DNA of 64,000 nucleotides from NCBI RefSeq assembly GCF_054482525.1, contig NZ_CM137006.1; one strand, 5' to 3'. Shown piece by piece: positions 1 to 11,798 of this stretch (position 1 is its first letter; each line of letters starts with the position of its first letter). The notes under the pieces were generated by a model. It saw only the letters and a program-made list of their open reading frames with translations, ran no database searches and was not told where the DNA came from. The position numbers and the translations under genes were made by a program.

Positions 1-525
1 TTCATCCCACTCTTCAGGCGGAATGTAACCGTGAGCGCTACTCAACAACGCTATCTGAGGAATAGTGATGTTCAGGCGCATCGCTGCAAAATCAAAGTTA
101 ATTGTGGCATCAGGTACAGCTTTCAGTAAATTAATGCATTTATTATTTTGCTGCTGGGCTAACTCGGGGAATGCACTGCTATTAAGGCCAATTCGTTCAA
201 GGAGTGCCTGATTAAAACAAGGCATTAACCCACCTGATTTATCACCTGTATTTACTGTCGTCGATTCAAATACGATATCCTGTGAACCAATGAACTCATC
301 ATTACGCCAGAGATCCACCCGATACACGCCCGCAGGTTGATGATTACCTCTCTCAAAGCGCGATAAATCAGCAACGGATGTGCCATTCTCTAATAAAAAT
401 GCCGGGTTGAAATAACTTTCCGCATAGCTTAAAAAGGAGGGTAAAATGGCAAGAGATGAATAACAAATTCCGGCCAGACACCAGGTATACCTCTGCGGAA
501 TATCCGTAGTAGTGGGTATTTTCAT
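1..525 (-). CDS. sfmD: fimbrial usher, N-terminal part (gene continues past window start)
   Basis: Reverse complement of 505-525 encodes MKIPTTT...; no listed ORF interrupts 1-555, consistent with a long open frame leaving the window; lies downstream of chaperone gene in the sfm operon order. Confidence 0.7.
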   Translation of the reverse strand, partial: MKIPTTTDIPQRYTWCLAGICYSSLAILPSFLSYAESYFNPAFLLENGTSVADLSRFERGNHQPAGVYRVDLWRNDEFIGSQDIVFESTTVNTGDKSGGLMPCFNQALLERIGLNSSAFPELAQQQNNKCINLLKAVPDATINFDFAAMRLNITIPQIALLSSAHGYIPPEEWDE

Positions 526-555
526 AATTAGCTCTGATATTGTCAGATGATTCGG

Positions 556-1248
556 TTAGTTTAAGTTCACTTCTCTGACCGGGGTTACTGAACCATAATC
601 ATTAACGGTCTGAAATTTCAGCTTTCCCTGCACTCCTGAGGGTAAGGGAATTTGTGAATTAACTCTGGGTGCAGCCATAGCATTCCCCAGTTTTTGGCTG
701 CCCACTTGCAAGTTAACCAGGGTGACATAAAAAGGTGATGGATTATGAACATTGATATAGTTACCGGATCGCGAAAACTTGAGTGTGTCCGGCGCTTCTG
801 CGGGTAATTCTTGTAATTGAATTGGACGGAGAAATAATTTCATGCGCGATAAAATCGCCAGTTGCAAAACATTCCTGCCGTTCAATGCATTTTTATCTAC
901 CGAAGGGATCGTCTTAACATTCATCCAGAACAGAGACTCACGATCTGCCGCCAGCGGTGGACCGGTGTAAATAATACGCAAAGTATTTTCGCTTTTGGGT
1001 TCACTAACAAACAGTGGCGGTGTAATGATGAATGACTTTTCTTTTACACCGCTGCTGTTTTCAATCCATGAATTGACCAGAAAGCGCTCATTGGTATGGC
1101 TATTTCTAATCCATACCGCAGTCTGTTTAGCATCAGCGGGATAAATAATACGCGTGGCACCTAATGCGATCCCTCCGGCAGCATGGGCGCTGGTCGAAAT
1201 GATTAAATAAAATATAATGAGCATCAATAACTTTATTTTAGTCATCAT
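556..1248 (-). CDS. sfmC: periplasmic pilus chaperone (PapD-like)
   Basis: 230-aa ORF with signal peptide ([23 protein letters not shown]) and chaperone-like sequence; position between fimbrial subunit and usher. Confidence 0.9.
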   Translation of the reverse strand: MMTKIKLLMLIIFYLIISTSAHAAGGIALGATRIIYPADAKQTAVWIRNSHTNERFLVNSWIENSSGVKEKSFIITPPLFVSEPKSENTLRIIYTGPPLAADRESLFWMNVKTIPSVDKNALNGRNVLQLAILSRMKLFLRPIQLQELPAEAPDTLKFSRSGNYINVHNPSPFYVTLVNLQVGSQKLGNAMAAPRVNSQIPLPSGVQGKLKFQTVNDYGSVTPVREVNLN

Positions 1249-1467
1249 AGTTAATACGCCTTGTGTATTCCTGACGGCAAAAATAAGGAGTATAAAGAAA
1301 TGATTGCTTTGGTTTCTTACAACACATCATTCCCTTTTCATTTAATAAAGCGGCATGATACAAAGTGAACATGATTTCGATTTACATTGCCACCATACCG
1401 CTTCAGACAACCGGTACATTACTTTGTTATAAGACGTGATATATAATTCAAAACAACGTGGTTTTGA

Positions 1468-2010
1468 TTATTCGTATCTCATAATAAAAGTCGCGTCAGC
1501 ATTTGCTTGCCCTGCTGATGCACTTGTACCGGTGCCTTTATAACGTGCAGAAAAATGAAGAACGTTGGTCCCGGGGATCAAGTTCTGGTTGGTTGAGAAG
1601 CTATTCCCATCAGGTTTGAGAATTGCGGATGTATTATCAAGTATTTCAATACCGACACCCGTTGCTGTTGTTGTATTAGTACTGGATGCAATGGCCAATA
1701 AATTATCATTGATTGCATCCGCCTGACCAGAAAATGCAACGGCAGCATTAGCGGCAACGACAGGATCGCAGTCGTTCAACTGTATAGTGAATGGAATTAA
1801 TGCAGAGGTATTACCAACAGCATTGAAAATATCGGTACGATATTGACCGAGTGTGACAACCTGGTCTGCCGAGTCAGTATTCACTGAACAGGCAGCATTC
1901 ACCAGTTCGCCTTCAAAGTGAATTGTACCGCCATCTACAACGGCAGCATAACTACCCGTAGCGGCGAATAGTGCGGCGGCCAGCGCAGACGAAATAAATC
2001 TTAATTTCAT
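1468..2010 (-). CDS. sfmA: type 1-like fimbrial major subunit
   Basis: ORF 1468-2043; likely start at internal Met ([23 protein letters not shown] signal peptide); fimbrillin-like C-terminus; synteny upstream of sfmC. Confidence 0.85.
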   Translation of the reverse strand: MKLRFISSALAAALFAATGSYAAVVDGGTIHFEGELVNAACSVNTDSADQVVTLGQYRTDIFNAVGNTSALIPFTIQLNDCDPVVAANAAVAFSGQADAINDNLLAIASSTNTTTATGVGIEILDNTSAILKPDGNSFSTNQNLIPGTNVLHFSARYKGTGTSASAGQANADATFIMRYE

Positions 2011-2480
2011 ATATATTCCTTCAATCTCATTTATCGACTCCACATCCGTATATAACCGATTACTTTATTTAAGACACTGATAGTAGTAAATTCCTTTTTA
2101 TCCTCTAAGAATGTCTTAATTGAAAATATGCACTCTATTCTAAAAAACAGAGAGCCCCGTTAGATGAATACTTCCGCGCAAAATATATTCAACACAAATA
2201 TAGACCTGAAGCGGTAAATTACCAGACTGAAAATTCTTTTTATATTGTCAGGTATTTCTTAAATTATCTTAATCCTTTGACAAGGAAATAAGTCAGTTCC
2301 AGATTTACAACGCCATCATGGACGAAAAATGAAGCTTTCAATCTCAGCGACAGTGCGCCTCACCTTCGCACGAGGTCGCTTCACGCGATAAATCTGAAAC
2401 GAAACCTGACAGCGCGTCCCGCTTCTGACAAAATAGGCGCATCCCCTTCGACCTACGTAACAGATGGAATCCTCTCTCTG

Positions 2481-3347
2481 ATGGCAGCAAAGATTATTGA
2501 CGGTAAAACGATTGCGCAGCAGGTGCGCTCTGAAGTTGCTCAAAAAGTTCAGGCGCGTATTGCAGCCGGACTGCGGGCACCAGGACTGGCCGTTGTGCTG
2601 GTGGGTAGTAACCCTGCATCGCAAATTTATGTCGCAAGCAAACGCAAGGCTTGTGAAGAAGTCGGGTTCGTCTCCCGCTCTTACGACCTCCCGGAAACCA
2701 CCAGCGAAGCGGAGCTGCTGGAGCTTATCGATACGCTGAATGCCGACAACACCATCGATGGCATTCTGGTTCAACTGCCGTTACCGGCGGGTATTGATAA
2801 CGTCAAAGTGCTGGAACGTATACACCCGGACAAAGACGTAGACGGTTTCCATCCTTATAACGTCGGTCGCCTGTGCCAGCGCGCGCCGCGTCTGCGTCCC
2901 TGCACCCCGCGCGGTATTGTCACGCTGCTTGAGCGTTACAACATTGATACCTTCGGCCTCAACGCCGTGGTGATTGGCGCATCGAATATCGTTGGCCGCC
3001 CGATGAGCATGGAACTGCTACTGGCAGGTTGCACCACCACCGTGACTCACCGTTTCACTAAAAATCTGCGTCACCACGTAGAAAATGCCGATCTATTGAT
3101 CGTTGCCGTCGGTAAGCCAGGCTTTATTCCCGGTGACTGGATCAAAGAAGGCGCAATTGTGATTGATGTCGGCATCAACCGTCTGGAAAATGGCAAAGTT
3201 GTGGGCGACGTCGTGTTTGAAGACGCGGCTAAACGCGCCTCATACATTACGCCTGTTCCCGGCGGCGTTGGCCCGATGACGGTTGCCACGCTGATTGAAA
3301 ACACGCTACAGGCGTGCGTTGAATATCATGATCCACAGGGTGAGTAA
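2481..3347 (+). CDS. folD: bifunctional methylenetetrahydrofolate dehydrogenase/cyclohydrolase
   Basis: 288-aa ORF starting [19 protein letters not shown]...; recognised FolD sequence and K-12 synteny. Confidence 0.95.
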   Translation: MAAKIIDGKTIAQQVRSEVAQKVQARIAAGLRAPGLAVVLVGSNPASQIYVASKRKACEEVGFVSRSYDLPETTSEAELLELIDTLNADNTIDGILVQLPLPAGIDNVKVLERIHPDKDVDGFHPYNVGRLCQRAPRLRPCTPRGIVTLLERYNIDTFGLNAVVIGASNIVGRPMSMELLLAGCTTTVTHRFTKNLRHHVENADLLIVAVGKPGFIPGDWIKEGAIVIDVGINRLENGKVVGDVVFEDAAKRASYITPVPGGVGPMTVATLIENTLQACVEYHDPQGE

Positions 3348-3348
3348 C

Positions 3349-3561
3349 ATGGCGACATTTTCTTTAGGTAAACATCCGCACGTTGAGCTGTGCGACTTGC
3401 TGAAACTGGAAGGCTGGAGCGAAAGCGGCGCGCAGGCGAAAATCGCGATTGCCGAAGGCCAGGTGAAAGTCGACGGTGCGGTTGAAACGCGCAAACGCTG
3501 CAAAATCGTTGCCGGGCAGACAGTGAGTTTTGCCGGTCACAGCGTACAGGTTGTTGCCTGA
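3349..3561 (+). CDS. ybcJ: S4-like RNA-binding protein YbcJ
   Basis: ORF 3295-3561; likely start at MATFSLGKHPHVELCDLL (70 aa); immediately downstream of folD as in K-12. Confidence 0.8.
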   Translation: MATFSLGKHPHVELCDLLKLEGWSESGAQAKIAIAEGQVKVDGAVETRKRCKIVAGQTVSFAGHSVQVVA

Positions 3562-3568
3562 TCCCTTT

Positions 3569-3600
3569 CCCGGCCTGTAACAACAGGCCGGTTCTCTTTT
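3569..3600 (+). terminator. rho-independent terminator after ybcJ
   Basis: GC stem cccggcctgt / acaggccgg followed by ttctctttt. Confidence 0.6.
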
Positions 3601-3668
3601 CAGACTTTTGCCCTCTACGCCCCGTTCATCCATGCTGATAGCATCGACATTTTGCCGAAGCGACCATC

Positions 3669-4190
3669 ATGCCAACCGTTATTACGCACGCAGCCGTTCC
3701 CCTTTGCATTGCTTTAGGGTTGGGTTCGAAAGTCATCCCTCCGCGCCTGTTATTTGCCGGAATCATCCTGGCGATGCTGCCCGATGCCGACGTCTTGTCG
3801 TTTAAATTTGGCGTTGCTTACGGCAATGTTTTTGGTCATCGCGGGTTTACCCATTCGCTGGTGTTTGCGTTTGTTGTCCCGCTGTTATGTGTGCTGATTG
3901 GACGCCGATGGTTCAGGGCTGGGCTGATTCGCTGCTGGCTGTTTTTAACCGTCTCGTTGCTATCGCACAGCTTGCTGGATTCGGTAACCACTGGCGGTAA
4001 AGGGGTTGGCTGGCTGTGGCCGTGGTCAGATGAACGCTTTTTCGCTCCCTGGCAGGTGATTAAAGTCGCGCCGTTTGCATTGTCTCGTTACACCACGCCG
4101 TACGGGCATCAGGTGATTATTTCTGAATTGATGTGGGTGTGGTTGCCGGGGGTGCTACTGATGGGAATGTTGTGGTGGCGCAGACGATAA
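3669..4190 (+). CDS. ybcI: inner-membrane metal-dependent hydrolase-like protein YbcI
   Basis: 173-aa hydrophobic ORF; synteny between ybcJ and cysS. Confidence 0.85.
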   Translation: MPTVITHAAVPLCIALGLGSKVIPPRLLFAGIILAMLPDADVLSFKFGVAYGNVFGHRGFTHSLVFAFVVPLLCVLIGRRWFRAGLIRCWLFLTVSLLSHSLLDSVTTGGKGVGWLWPWSDERFFAPWQVIKVAPFALSRYTTPYGHQVIISELMWVWLPGVLLMGMLWWRRR

Positions 4191-4225
4191 CCGGATGCGA
4201 AAACTCGCATCCGGCAATAGCGCAA

Positions 4226-5611
4226 TTACTTACGACGCCAGGTGGTCCCTTGCGGGCCATCTTCCAGCACGATCCCCATCTCGTTAAGACGATCACGCGC
4301 CGCATCTGCCGCCGCCCAGTCTTTCGCTTTACGGGCATCCAGACGCTGTTGAATTAACGCTTCAATCTCAGCCACTTCGCTGTCGTCTGCCTGCGCGCCG
4401 CTTTGCAGGAACGCTTCCGGTTCTTGCTCCAGCAGGCCCAATACGGCGGAAAGTTTACGCAGATGAGACGCCATCGCGTTCGCCGCTGCCATATCTTCTG
4501 CTTTCAGACGGTTTACTTCACGCGCCATATCAAACAGTACGGAATAGGCTTCCGGGGTGTTGAAATCGTCGTCCATCGCTTCAATAAAGCGCGCTTCAAA
4601 CGCTTCGCCACCGGCAGGCGCAACGGTTTTATCTGTGCCACGCAGCGCAGTGTAGAGACGCTCCAGCGCCGCACGCGCCTGCTTCAGGTTCTCTTCGCTA
4701 TAGTTCAGCTGGCTGCGATAGTGGCCTGACATCAGGAAGTAACGCACGGTTTCCGCGTCGTAGTATTTCAGCACATCGCGCACGGTAAAGAAGTTCCCCA
4801 GCGATTTCGACATCTTCTCGCGGTCAACCATTACCATCCCGGAGTGCATCCAGTAGTTCACATACTGACCATCATGGGCACAGGTGGACTGCGCGATTTC
4901 GTTTTCGTGGTGCGGGAACATCAGGTCTGAACCGCCGCCGTGGATATCAAAGTGGTTACCCAGCTGCTTGCAGTTCATTGCCGAACATTCAATGTGCCAG
5001 CCTGGACGGCCCGCGCCCCACGGCGACGGCCAGCTCGGTTCGCCCTCTTTCGACATCTTCCACAGAACGAAGTCCATCGGGTTACGTTTGTCATCGACCA
5101 CGTCAACGCGCGCGCCTGCCTGCAGCTGGTCGAGATCCTGACGCGACAGCACGCCATAAGTTGGATCGGTCGGGACGTCGAACATCACGTCGCCGTTGTC
5201 CGCCACATAAGCGTGACCTTTGGCGATCAGTTGTTCAGTGAGTTCAATAATTTCTGCGATATGGTGCGTCGCGCGCGGCTCCATATCCGGGCGCAAAATG
5301 TTCAAAGCATCAAAATCTTTGTGCATTTCGGCGATCATGCGATCCACCAGCGCCACAAAGCTTTCGCCATTTTCATTGGCGCGTTTGATGATTTTGTCAT
5401 CGATATCGGTAATGTTACGCACATACTTCAGCTTATAGCCGAGGAAACGCAGGTAACGCGCAACCACGTCAAAGGCAACAAAGGTACGCCCGTGACCGAT
5501 ATGACAGAGATCGTAAACGGTGATTCCACACACGTACATGCCGACTTCCCCGGCGTGAATAGGCTTAAATTCCTCTTTTTGGCGTGTCAGAGTATTGAAG
5601 ATTTTTAGCAT
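4226..5611 (-). CDS. cysS: cysteinyl-tRNA synthetase
   Basis: 461-aa [21 protein letters not shown]..., class I aaRS HIGH (CHIGHGR) and KMSKS motifs present. Confidence 0.95.
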
Positions 5612-5784
5612 CGAAGATTCCGTTTAGACATGTGTGGGTAATTGAGTTGCGTATAATACCCATATTTCCCGCGCGAATCAGCATACATTGCGTGATGATC
5701 CGATCGTGCGGTTATGCTATAACACCACCCTATATATGACCCGAACCGGGTTGAAGCACCAATCAAACGGAACAGGATGCAAAA

Positions 5785-6279
5785 ATGGTTACTTTCCACA
5801 CCAATCACGGCGATATTGTCATCAAAACTTTTGACGATAAAGCACCTGAAACAGTTAAAAACTTCCTGGACTACTGCCGCGAAGGTTTTTACAACAACAC
5901 CATTTTCCACCGTGTTATCAACGGCTTTATGATTCAGGGCGGCGGTTTTGAACCGGGCATGAAACAAAAAGCCACCAAAGACCCGATCAAAAACGAAGCC
6001 AACAACGGTCTGAAAAATACCCGTGGTACACTGGCAATGGCCCGTACTCAGGCACCGCACTCTGCAACTGCACAGTTCTTCATCAACGTGGTTGATAACG
6101 ACTTCCTGAACTTCTCTGGCGAAAGCCTGCAAGGTTGGGGTTACTGCGTGTTTGCTGAAGTGGTTGAAGGCATGGACGTGGTAGACAAAATCAAAGGTGT
6201 TGCAACCGGTCGTAGCGGTATGCACCAGGACGTGCCAAAAGAAGACGTTATCATTGAAAGCGTGACCGTTAGCGAGTAA
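5785..6279 (+). CDS. ppiB: peptidyl-prolyl cis-trans isomerase B (cyclophilin)
   Basis: 164-aa [30 protein letters not shown]...; cyclophilin sequence. Confidence 0.95.
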   Translation: MVTFHTNHGDIVIKTFDDKAPETVKNFLDYCREGFYNNTIFHRVINGFMIQGGGFEPGMKQKATKDPIKNEANNGLKNTRGTLAMARTQAPHSATAQFFINVVDNDFLNFSGESLQGWGYCVFAEVVEGMDVVDKIKGVATGRSGMHQDVPKEDVIIESVTVSE

Positions 6280-6281
6280 TC

Positions 6282-7004
6282 GTGGCGACACTCTTTATTG
6301 CAGATCTTCATCTCTGCGCGGAAGAACCGGCGATCACCGCCGGTTTTCTGCGTTTTTTAGCGGGGGAAGCCTGCAAGGCCGACGCGCTGTATATTCTTGG
6401 CGATCTGTTTGAAGCGTGGATTGGCGACGACGATCCCAACCCACTCCATCGCCAGATGGCGGCAGCGATCAAAGCGGTGTCCGATTCCGGCGTTCCCTGT
6501 TATTTCATTCATGGCAACCGTGATTTTCTGCTCGGCAAACGCTTTGCCCGTGAAAGCGGCATGACGTTATTGCCGGAAGAAAAGGTGCTCGAACTGTATG
6601 GTCGCCGGGTGTTGATTATGCATGGCGACACGCTGTGCACCGATGACGCCGGTTATCAGGCTTTTCGCGCCAAAGTCCACAAACCCTGGCTGCAAACGCT
6701 ATTCCTCGCCCTGCCGTTGTTTGTGCGCAAACGCATTGCCGCGCGAATGCGAGCGAACAGCAAAGAAGCCAACAGCAGTAAATCGCTGGCGATCATGGAC
6801 GTTAACCAAAACGCGGTGGTCAGTGCGATGGAAAAACATCAGGTGCAATGGCTGATCCACGGGCATACCCATCGCCCGGCGGTGCATGAACTTATCGCCA
6901 ATCAGCAACCTGCTTTTCGCGTGGTACTCGGTGCCTGGCATACGGAAGGTTCAATGGTGAAAGTCACGGCAGATGACGTTGAGCTGATTCATTTTCCGTT
7001 TTAA
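6282..7004 (+). CDS. lpxH: UDP-2,3-diacylglucosamine hydrolase
   Basis: 240-aa ORF with metallophosphoesterase motifs (GDLFE, HGNRD, GHTH); 2-bp spacing after ppiB as in K-12. Confidence 0.95.
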   Translation: MATLFIADLHLCAEEPAITAGFLRFLAGEACKADALYILGDLFEAWIGDDDPNPLHRQMAAAIKAVSDSGVPCYFIHGNRDFLLGKRFARESGMTLLPEEKVLELYGRRVLIMHGDTLCTDDAGYQAFRAKVHKPWLQTLFLALPLFVRKRIAARMRANSKEANSSKSLAIMDVNQNAVVSAMEKHQVQWLIHGHTHRPAVHELIANQQPAFRVVLGAWHTEGSMVKVTADDVELIHFPF

Positions 7005-7033
7005 ATACCCGCAACTTTGCTGATTTCACAGCC

Positions 7034-7049
7034 ACGCAACCGTTTTCCT
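7034..7049 (+). promoter_or_regulatory. candidate PurR operator upstream of purE
   Basis: acgcaaccgttttcct resembles the PurR box consensus (ACGCAAACGTTTTCnT) about 70 bp upstream of purE start. Confidence 0.5.
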
Positions 7050-7120
7050 TGCTCTCTTTCCGTGCTATTCTCTGTGCCCTCTAAAGCCGAGAGTTGTGCA
7101 CCACAGGAGTTTTAAGACGC

Positions 7121-7630
7121 ATGTCTTCCCGCAATAATCCGGCGCGTGTCGCCATCGTGATGGGGTCCAAAAGCGACTGGGCTACCATGCAGTTCGCCGC
7201 CGAAATCTTCGAAATCCTGAATGTCCCACACCACGTTGAAGTGGTTTCTGCTCACCGCACCCCCGATAAACTGTTCAGCTTCGCCGAAAGTGCCGAAGAA
7301 AACGGTTATCAGGTGATTATTGCGGGCGCAGGCGGCGCAGCGCACCTGCCTGGCATGATTGCCGCCAAAACGCTGGTGCCAGTGCTGGGCGTGCCAGTAC
7401 AGAGCGCCGCACTGAGCGGTGTCGATAGCCTCTACTCCATCGTACAAATGCCGCGTGGCATTCCGGTGGGTACACTGGCGATTGGTAAAGCTGGCGCGGC
7501 AAACGCGGCGTTACTGGCAGCACAAATTCTTGCAACTCATGATAAAGAGCTACACCAGCGTCTGAATGACTGGCGCAAAGCCCAGACTGACGAAGTGCTG
7601 GAAAACCCGGACCCGCGAGGTGCGGCATGA
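7121..7630 (+). CDS. purE: N5-carboxyaminoimidazole ribonucleotide mutase
   Basis: ORF 7094-7630; probable start [20 protein letters not shown]; overlaps purK start by 4 bp. Confidence 0.95.
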   Translation: MSSRNNPARVAIVMGSKSDWATMQFAAEIFEILNVPHHVEVVSAHRTPDKLFSFAESAEENGYQVIIAGAGGAAHLPGMIAAKTLVPVLGVPVQSAALSGVDSLYSIVQMPRGIPVGTLAIGKAGAANAALLAAQILATHDKELHQRLNDWRKAQTDEVLENPDPRGAA

Positions 7631-8694
7631 AACAGGTTTGCGTCCTCGGTAACGGGCAGTTAGGCCGTATGCTGCGTCAGGCAGGCGAACCGTTAGGCAT
7701 TGCTGTCTGGCCGGTCGGACTGGACGCTGAACCGGCGGCGGTGCCTTTTCAACAAAGCGTGATTACCGCTGAGATCGAACGCTGGCCGGAAACCGCATTA
7801 ACCCGCGAGCTGGCGCGCCATCCGGCCTTTGTGAACCGCGATGTATTCCCGATTATTGCTGACCGTCTGACTCAGAAGCAGCTTTTCGACAAGCTTCACC
7901 TGCCGACCGCACCGTGGCAGTTACTTGCCGATCGCAGCGAGTGGCCTGCGGTGTTTGATCGTTTAGGTGAGCTGGCGATTGTTAAGCGTCGCACTGGTGG
8001 CTATGACGGACGCGGTCAATGGCGTTTACGCGCCGATGAAACCGAACAGTTACCGGCTGAATGCTACGGCGAATGTATTGTCGAGCAGGGCATAAACTTC
8101 TCTGGCGAAGTGTCGCTGGTTGGCGCGCGCGGCTTTGATGGTAGCACCGTGTTTTATCCGCTGACGCATAACCTGCATCAGAACGGTATTTTGCGTACCA
8201 GCGTCGCTTTCCCGCAGGCCAATGCGCAGCAGCAAGCGCAAGCCGAAGAGATGCTGTCGGCGATTATGCAGGAGCTGGGCTATGTGGGCGTGATGGCGAT
8301 GGAGTGCTTTGTCACCCCGCAAGGTCTGCTGATCAACGAACTGGCTCCGCGTGTGCATAACAGTGGTCACTGGACGCAAAACGGTGCCAGCATCAGCCAG
8401 TTTGAGCTGCATCTGCGGGCGATTACCGATCTGCCGTTACCGCAACCAGTAGTGAATAGTCCGTCGGTGATGATCAACCTGATTGGTAGCGATCTGAATT
8501 ATGACTGGCTGAAACTGCCGCTGGTGCATCTGCACTGGTACGACAAAGAAGTCCGTCCGGGGCGTAAAGTGGGGCATCTGAATTTGACCGACAGCGACAC
8601 ATCGCGTCTGACCGCGACGCTGGAAGCCTTAATCCCGCTGCTGCCGCCGGAGTATGCCAGCGGCGTGATTTGGGCGCAGAGTAAGTTCAGTTAA
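7627..8694 (+). CDS. purK: N5-carboxyaminoimidazole ribonucleotide synthase
   Basis: 355-aa ATP-grasp [23 protein letters not shown]...; coupled to purE. Confidence 0.95.
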   Translation: MKQVCVLGNGQLGRMLRQAGEPLGIAVWPVGLDAEPAAVPFQQSVITAEIERWPETALTRELARHPAFVNRDVFPIIADRLTQKQLFDKLHLPTAPWQLLADRSEWPAVFDRLGELAIVKRRTGGYDGRGQWRLRADETEQLPAECYGECIVEQGINFSGEVSLVGARGFDGSTVFYPLTHNLHQNGILRTSVAFPQANAQQQAQAEEMLSAIMQELGYVGVMAMECFVTPQGLLINELAPRVHNSGHWTQNGASISQFELHLRAITDLPLPQPVVNSPSVMINLIGSDLNYDWLKLPLVHLHWYDKEVRPGRKVGHLNLTDSDTSRLTATLEALIPLLPPEYASGVIWAQSKFS

Positions 8695-8707
8695 CCTGGT
8701 GCTCATT

Positions 8708-8795
8708 TGATTGCCGGATGCGGCGTGAACGCCTTATCCGACCTGTGGAAACAGTGATATTTCCAGGTCGGATAATCAGCATCGCATCAGGCACA
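8708..8795. repeat. REP/BIME palindromic units in purK-ybcF spacer
   Basis: tgccggatgcggcgtgaacgccttatccgacc and ggtcggataatcagcatcgcatcaggc match the REP consensus family. Confidence 0.6.
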
Positions 8796-8813
8796 AATAC
8801 CGAATGCCTACGA

Positions 8814-9707
8814 CTACAGCGAAATACAGGTCCCCGCTTCGCCCGCCAGCGTCTCTTCAATCCGCGATAACGCCCCAATCCACGCGGGTTTACCACGGCT
8901 TCTGACATAGCCACTCACCGCCATTACCTTCGGCCCCATCGAACCATCGGCTTTGGCAAATGGCGCTAAATCATCCGGTGTGGCACGGCGAATGGCGCGT
9001 TGCTGCGGCGTTCCCCAGTTTTCATATACCGCATCAGCATCGGTGAGGATCACCAGCCCATCGGCGTTAATCTGCTCAGCGAGCAACGCAGCGGCGAGAT
9101 CTTTATCAATCACCGCTTCACTCCCTGCCCCATCTTCCGTCACAGGCACACCGCCGCCGCCACTGCAAATCACCACATGCCCCTCTTTGAGCAACAACTC
9201 GATGGCTTCACTGTCGAGAATTTTACGTGGTTGCGGAGACGCCACCACCCGGCGTAAATATTTACCATCACGTTTCATCTGCCAGCCGTAAGCCGCTTCC
9301 AGTGCCTTTTGTTCTCCTGGCTGATAAACCGGACCGATAAACTTCTCTGGCTGCAAAAACGCCGGATCATCAGGCGAAACTTCAATGCGCGTCAGCACTG
9401 TCGTGACAGGCGGCATCTGCGGCTGTGCGCTCAAGCTCTGCGCCAGCATATAGCCAATCATCCCCTGGCTTTCCGCCACCAGCACATCCAGCGGATACGG
9501 TTCTACCTCTTTCCACGCCAGATTCTGTAACGCCAGCAGCCCCACCTGTGGCCCGTTGCCGTGAACAATCGCCAGCCGATAAGAACGGGCCAGGCGCGCC
9601 AGCGCGGGTACAGCACTGGCAATATTGCGATATTGATTTTCTGCCGTCAGCGCCTCACCGCGCTGGAGTAAGGCGTTGCCCCCAAGAGCCACAACCAGTG
9701 TTTTCAT
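8814..9707 (-). CDS. ybcF: carbamate kinase-like protein
   Basis: 297-aa [21 protein letters not shown]...; amino-acid kinase fold signature; synteny next to purK. Confidence 0.9.
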   Translation of the reverse strand: MKTLVVALGGNALLQRGEALTAENQYRNIASAVPALARLARSYRLAIVHGNGPQVGLLALQNLAWKEVEPYPLDVLVAESQGMIGYMLAQSLSAQPQMPPVTTVLTRIEVSPDDPAFLQPEKFIGPVYQPGEQKALEAAYGWQMKRDGKYLRRVVASPQPRKILDSEAIELLLKEGHVVICSGGGGVPVTEDGAGSEAVIDKDLAAALLAEQINADGLVILTDADAVYENWGTPQQRAIRRATPDDLAPFAKADGSMGPKVMAVSGYVRSRGKPAWIGALSRIEETLAGEAGTCISL

Positions 9708-10519
9708 GGTTTTCCTTGTAATAATTGTTGGCCAAGCCAGAACCCCAGCAGCGTATCGGCCCCTGATGTATGCCCCAGCGCCAGCAGCGAATCAATCGCA
9801 ACAGCGGTACGTTTCGGGCAACTCAGAGCATGAACAAAGTGCAGGAGTGGCGAGGCGAAATATCCTTGCGCGGCATAACGTAAATAATTAACGCTCACCG
9901 CTGTGGTAACGAGTTGAAGATTGTCGGAACAGGCAAAAAACGGGCGACCGGAGCGCGCATCTAAAGCGCCATAATACCAGGCCGCCAGCAGCATTCCGCT
10001 CAGCGTGTCATCATGACTCGGCGTTAATCCCGGACCTTTGCCCAGCCAGTGCCGCCAGTCGGTCTTCACGCCATTGAGCGTGGCCTGAAAACAGTGGCGA
10101 AACTGGCGTAATTCAGCAGGAAGCGGATCGCCTGCCGCCAACGCCAGTGGCCCGAAAAGCCCGGTTTCCTCCGCGCGTTGCATCCATGCCGCTGCAAGCG
10201 GTTGAGGATGCGCAGGCGGCGTAATACGCAGCAAACAATAACGCTGTGGCTGTTTAACCGTGAAACGCCCGAGGCGAATCCCTTGAGCCACAACCTGTGG
10301 TCGTTCATTGCCGCATAATCCACCGCATAACGCATCGAATTGCGCGCGGCGAAGCACCCATCCTCCGGGGCCGAAACCACTACCCTGACGATGCAGCGTT
10401 AACAGTTCGCCGCTTTCCGTCATCAGGTTAATCGCCCGTCGCCACACGCCCGCTAACCGCCAGGACTGGCAATAATTCGGTGCGCTACGGCTGGCAAGCA
10501 GAGGATGGATGATCGTCAT
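9704..10519 (-). CDS. ylbF: DUF2877-family protein YlbF
   Basis: ORF 9704-10612; start chosen at MTIIHPLL... to avoid overlap with ylbE; synteny. Confidence 0.75.
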   Translation of the reverse strand: MTIIHPLLASRSAPNYCQSWRLAGVWRRAINLMTESGELLTLHRQGSGFGPGGWVLRRAQFDALCGGLCGNERPQVVAQGIRLGRFTVKQPQRYCLLRITPPAHPQPLAAAWMQRAEETGLFGPLALAAGDPLPAELRQFRHCFQATLNGVKTDWRHWLGKGPGLTPSHDDTLSGMLLAAWYYGALDARSGRPFFACSDNLQLVTTAVSVNYLRYAAQGYFASPLLHFVHALSCPKRTAVAIDSLLALGHTSGADTLLGFWLGQQLLQGKP

Positions 10520-10529
10520 TGCGCGTTCC

Positions 10530-11789
10530 TCAACCAATCCCCATGCTTTCAGCCAGTGCTTCCAGCGCCTGTTCAAAGCAGGCCAACGATGCCCGCACAG
10601 TGCCTGCGCCAATCTGCCCGATCCCCGCCTCTTTATGGGCGATTCCGGTATTGATGAGCGGCGTAATGCCGGTTTCTACCACGCGACGAATGTCCAGTCC
10701 CAGGCACGCGCCCTGAAAATCCCAGCCTGGGATCTGCAACTGCATATTGCGTTCAAGGTAAATTTCCGCCATCTCTTCAGATACCGCTCTGGCCGCTTCC
10801 ATGCCACCCGCACCGACAAAGCGCGTTACGCCAGGCGCTGCGATCATTGCCGCTCCGCCAATACCAAAGGTTTCGGTAATTGCGCTATCGCCCATATCCG
10901 GGTTCGCCTGCTCCTGCGAGAAGCCGGTGAAAAACAGACCTTGGGGAGTGTTTACAGGCGCAGTAAACCAGCGTTCGCCCAGCCCGCTGACCCGAATCCC
11001 GAACATATTGCCGTTGCGGGTCATTGCCGTGACGATGCTGCCTGCACGGATCATCGCACCAGCATCCATCGCCGCCTTACAGTAAGCCATCGCGAGGTTA
11101 AGGAAGAACTGATCGGTCACGCTGAGGAAATCCATCACTTCCGCGATGTGCTGTTTATCATGATCGAGGCGAGCAATTTGTGGGGCCAGCGCACGCATTA
11201 ACAGTGCTGAGGAAGCAATATTGCGTTGATGGAACTCATCGCCCATGGTAATGCCCTGCGCCATCATTGCCGTGAGATCGATACCGCGCTCCATGCGCCC
11301 CAGCGCCGCGCTTAATACTGGCATTAACACATCGCGCATCCAGCGATGGCGAGTCAGGACATCTTCGCCGTAAGCGCCAAAACGCATCACTTTGCCGATA
11401 CCTTCGTTGAGGTTGCAGTACGCCCGGTTGCCGTCGGTCACGTTCTCGACCACCAGCATCGGCATACTGGCAGAAGTAATACCGCCCATTGGCCCGACGG
11501 CATTCACATGGTGACAAGGAATGAAGTTCACTTCCCCCTGCTCCAGTATTGCCAGCGCCTGCGCTTCATCTTTCGCCCAGCCTTCGAACAGACATGCGCC
11601 CACGCACGCCCCTTTCATGGGTCCGGTCATCTCCTGCCAGCGCATTGGCGGCCCGGCGTGAAGCAGTGTTTTGCCCTCGTTTAGTTCGCTGATAAGTGAA
11701 GAAGCCGGTTGCACATCCAGCCAGTGTGGACGAGCGCGACGAATTTGTTCGATAACCGTAGCATTGGCTTGCGCCACTGATGTAAACAT
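10530..11789 (-). CDS. ylbE: DUF1116-family protein YlbE (intact here)
   Basis: Uninterrupted 419-aa ORF; synteny between fdrA and ylbF. Confidence 0.85.
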   Translation of the reverse strand: MFTSVAQANATVIEQIRRARPHWLDVQPASSLISELNEGKTLLHAGPPMRWQEMTGPMKGACVGACLFEGWAKDEAQALAILEQGEVNFIPCHHVNAVGPMGGITSASMPMLVVENVTDGNRAYCNLNEGIGKVMRFGAYGEDVLTRHRWMRDVLMPVLSAALGRMERGIDLTAMMAQGITMGDEFHQRNIASSALLMRALAPQIARLDHDKQHIAEVMDFLSVTDQFFLNLAMAYCKAAMDAGAMIRAGSIVTAMTRNGNMFGIRVSGLGERWFTAPVNTPQGLFFTGFSQEQANPDMGDSAITETFGIGGAAMIAAPGVTRFVGAGGMEAARAVSEEMAEIYLERNMQLQIPGWDFQGACLGLDIRRVVETGITPLINTGIAHKEAGIGQIGAGTVRASLACFEQALEALAESMGIG

Positions 11790-11798
11790 GGGAACCCC

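Noticed and set aside
2316-2774. 152-aa minus-strand ORF spanning the folD 5' region
   Set aside because: Overlaps the start of folD on the opposite strand; no support beyond being open.
10509-11201. 230-aa plus-strand ORF and other ORFs antisense to ylbE/ylbF/fdrA (e.g. 11346-11684, 12010-12321)
   Set aside because: Fully embedded antisense to well-supported conserved genes; no ribosome-binding context; Arg/Ala-rich translations typical of GC-rich antisense frames.
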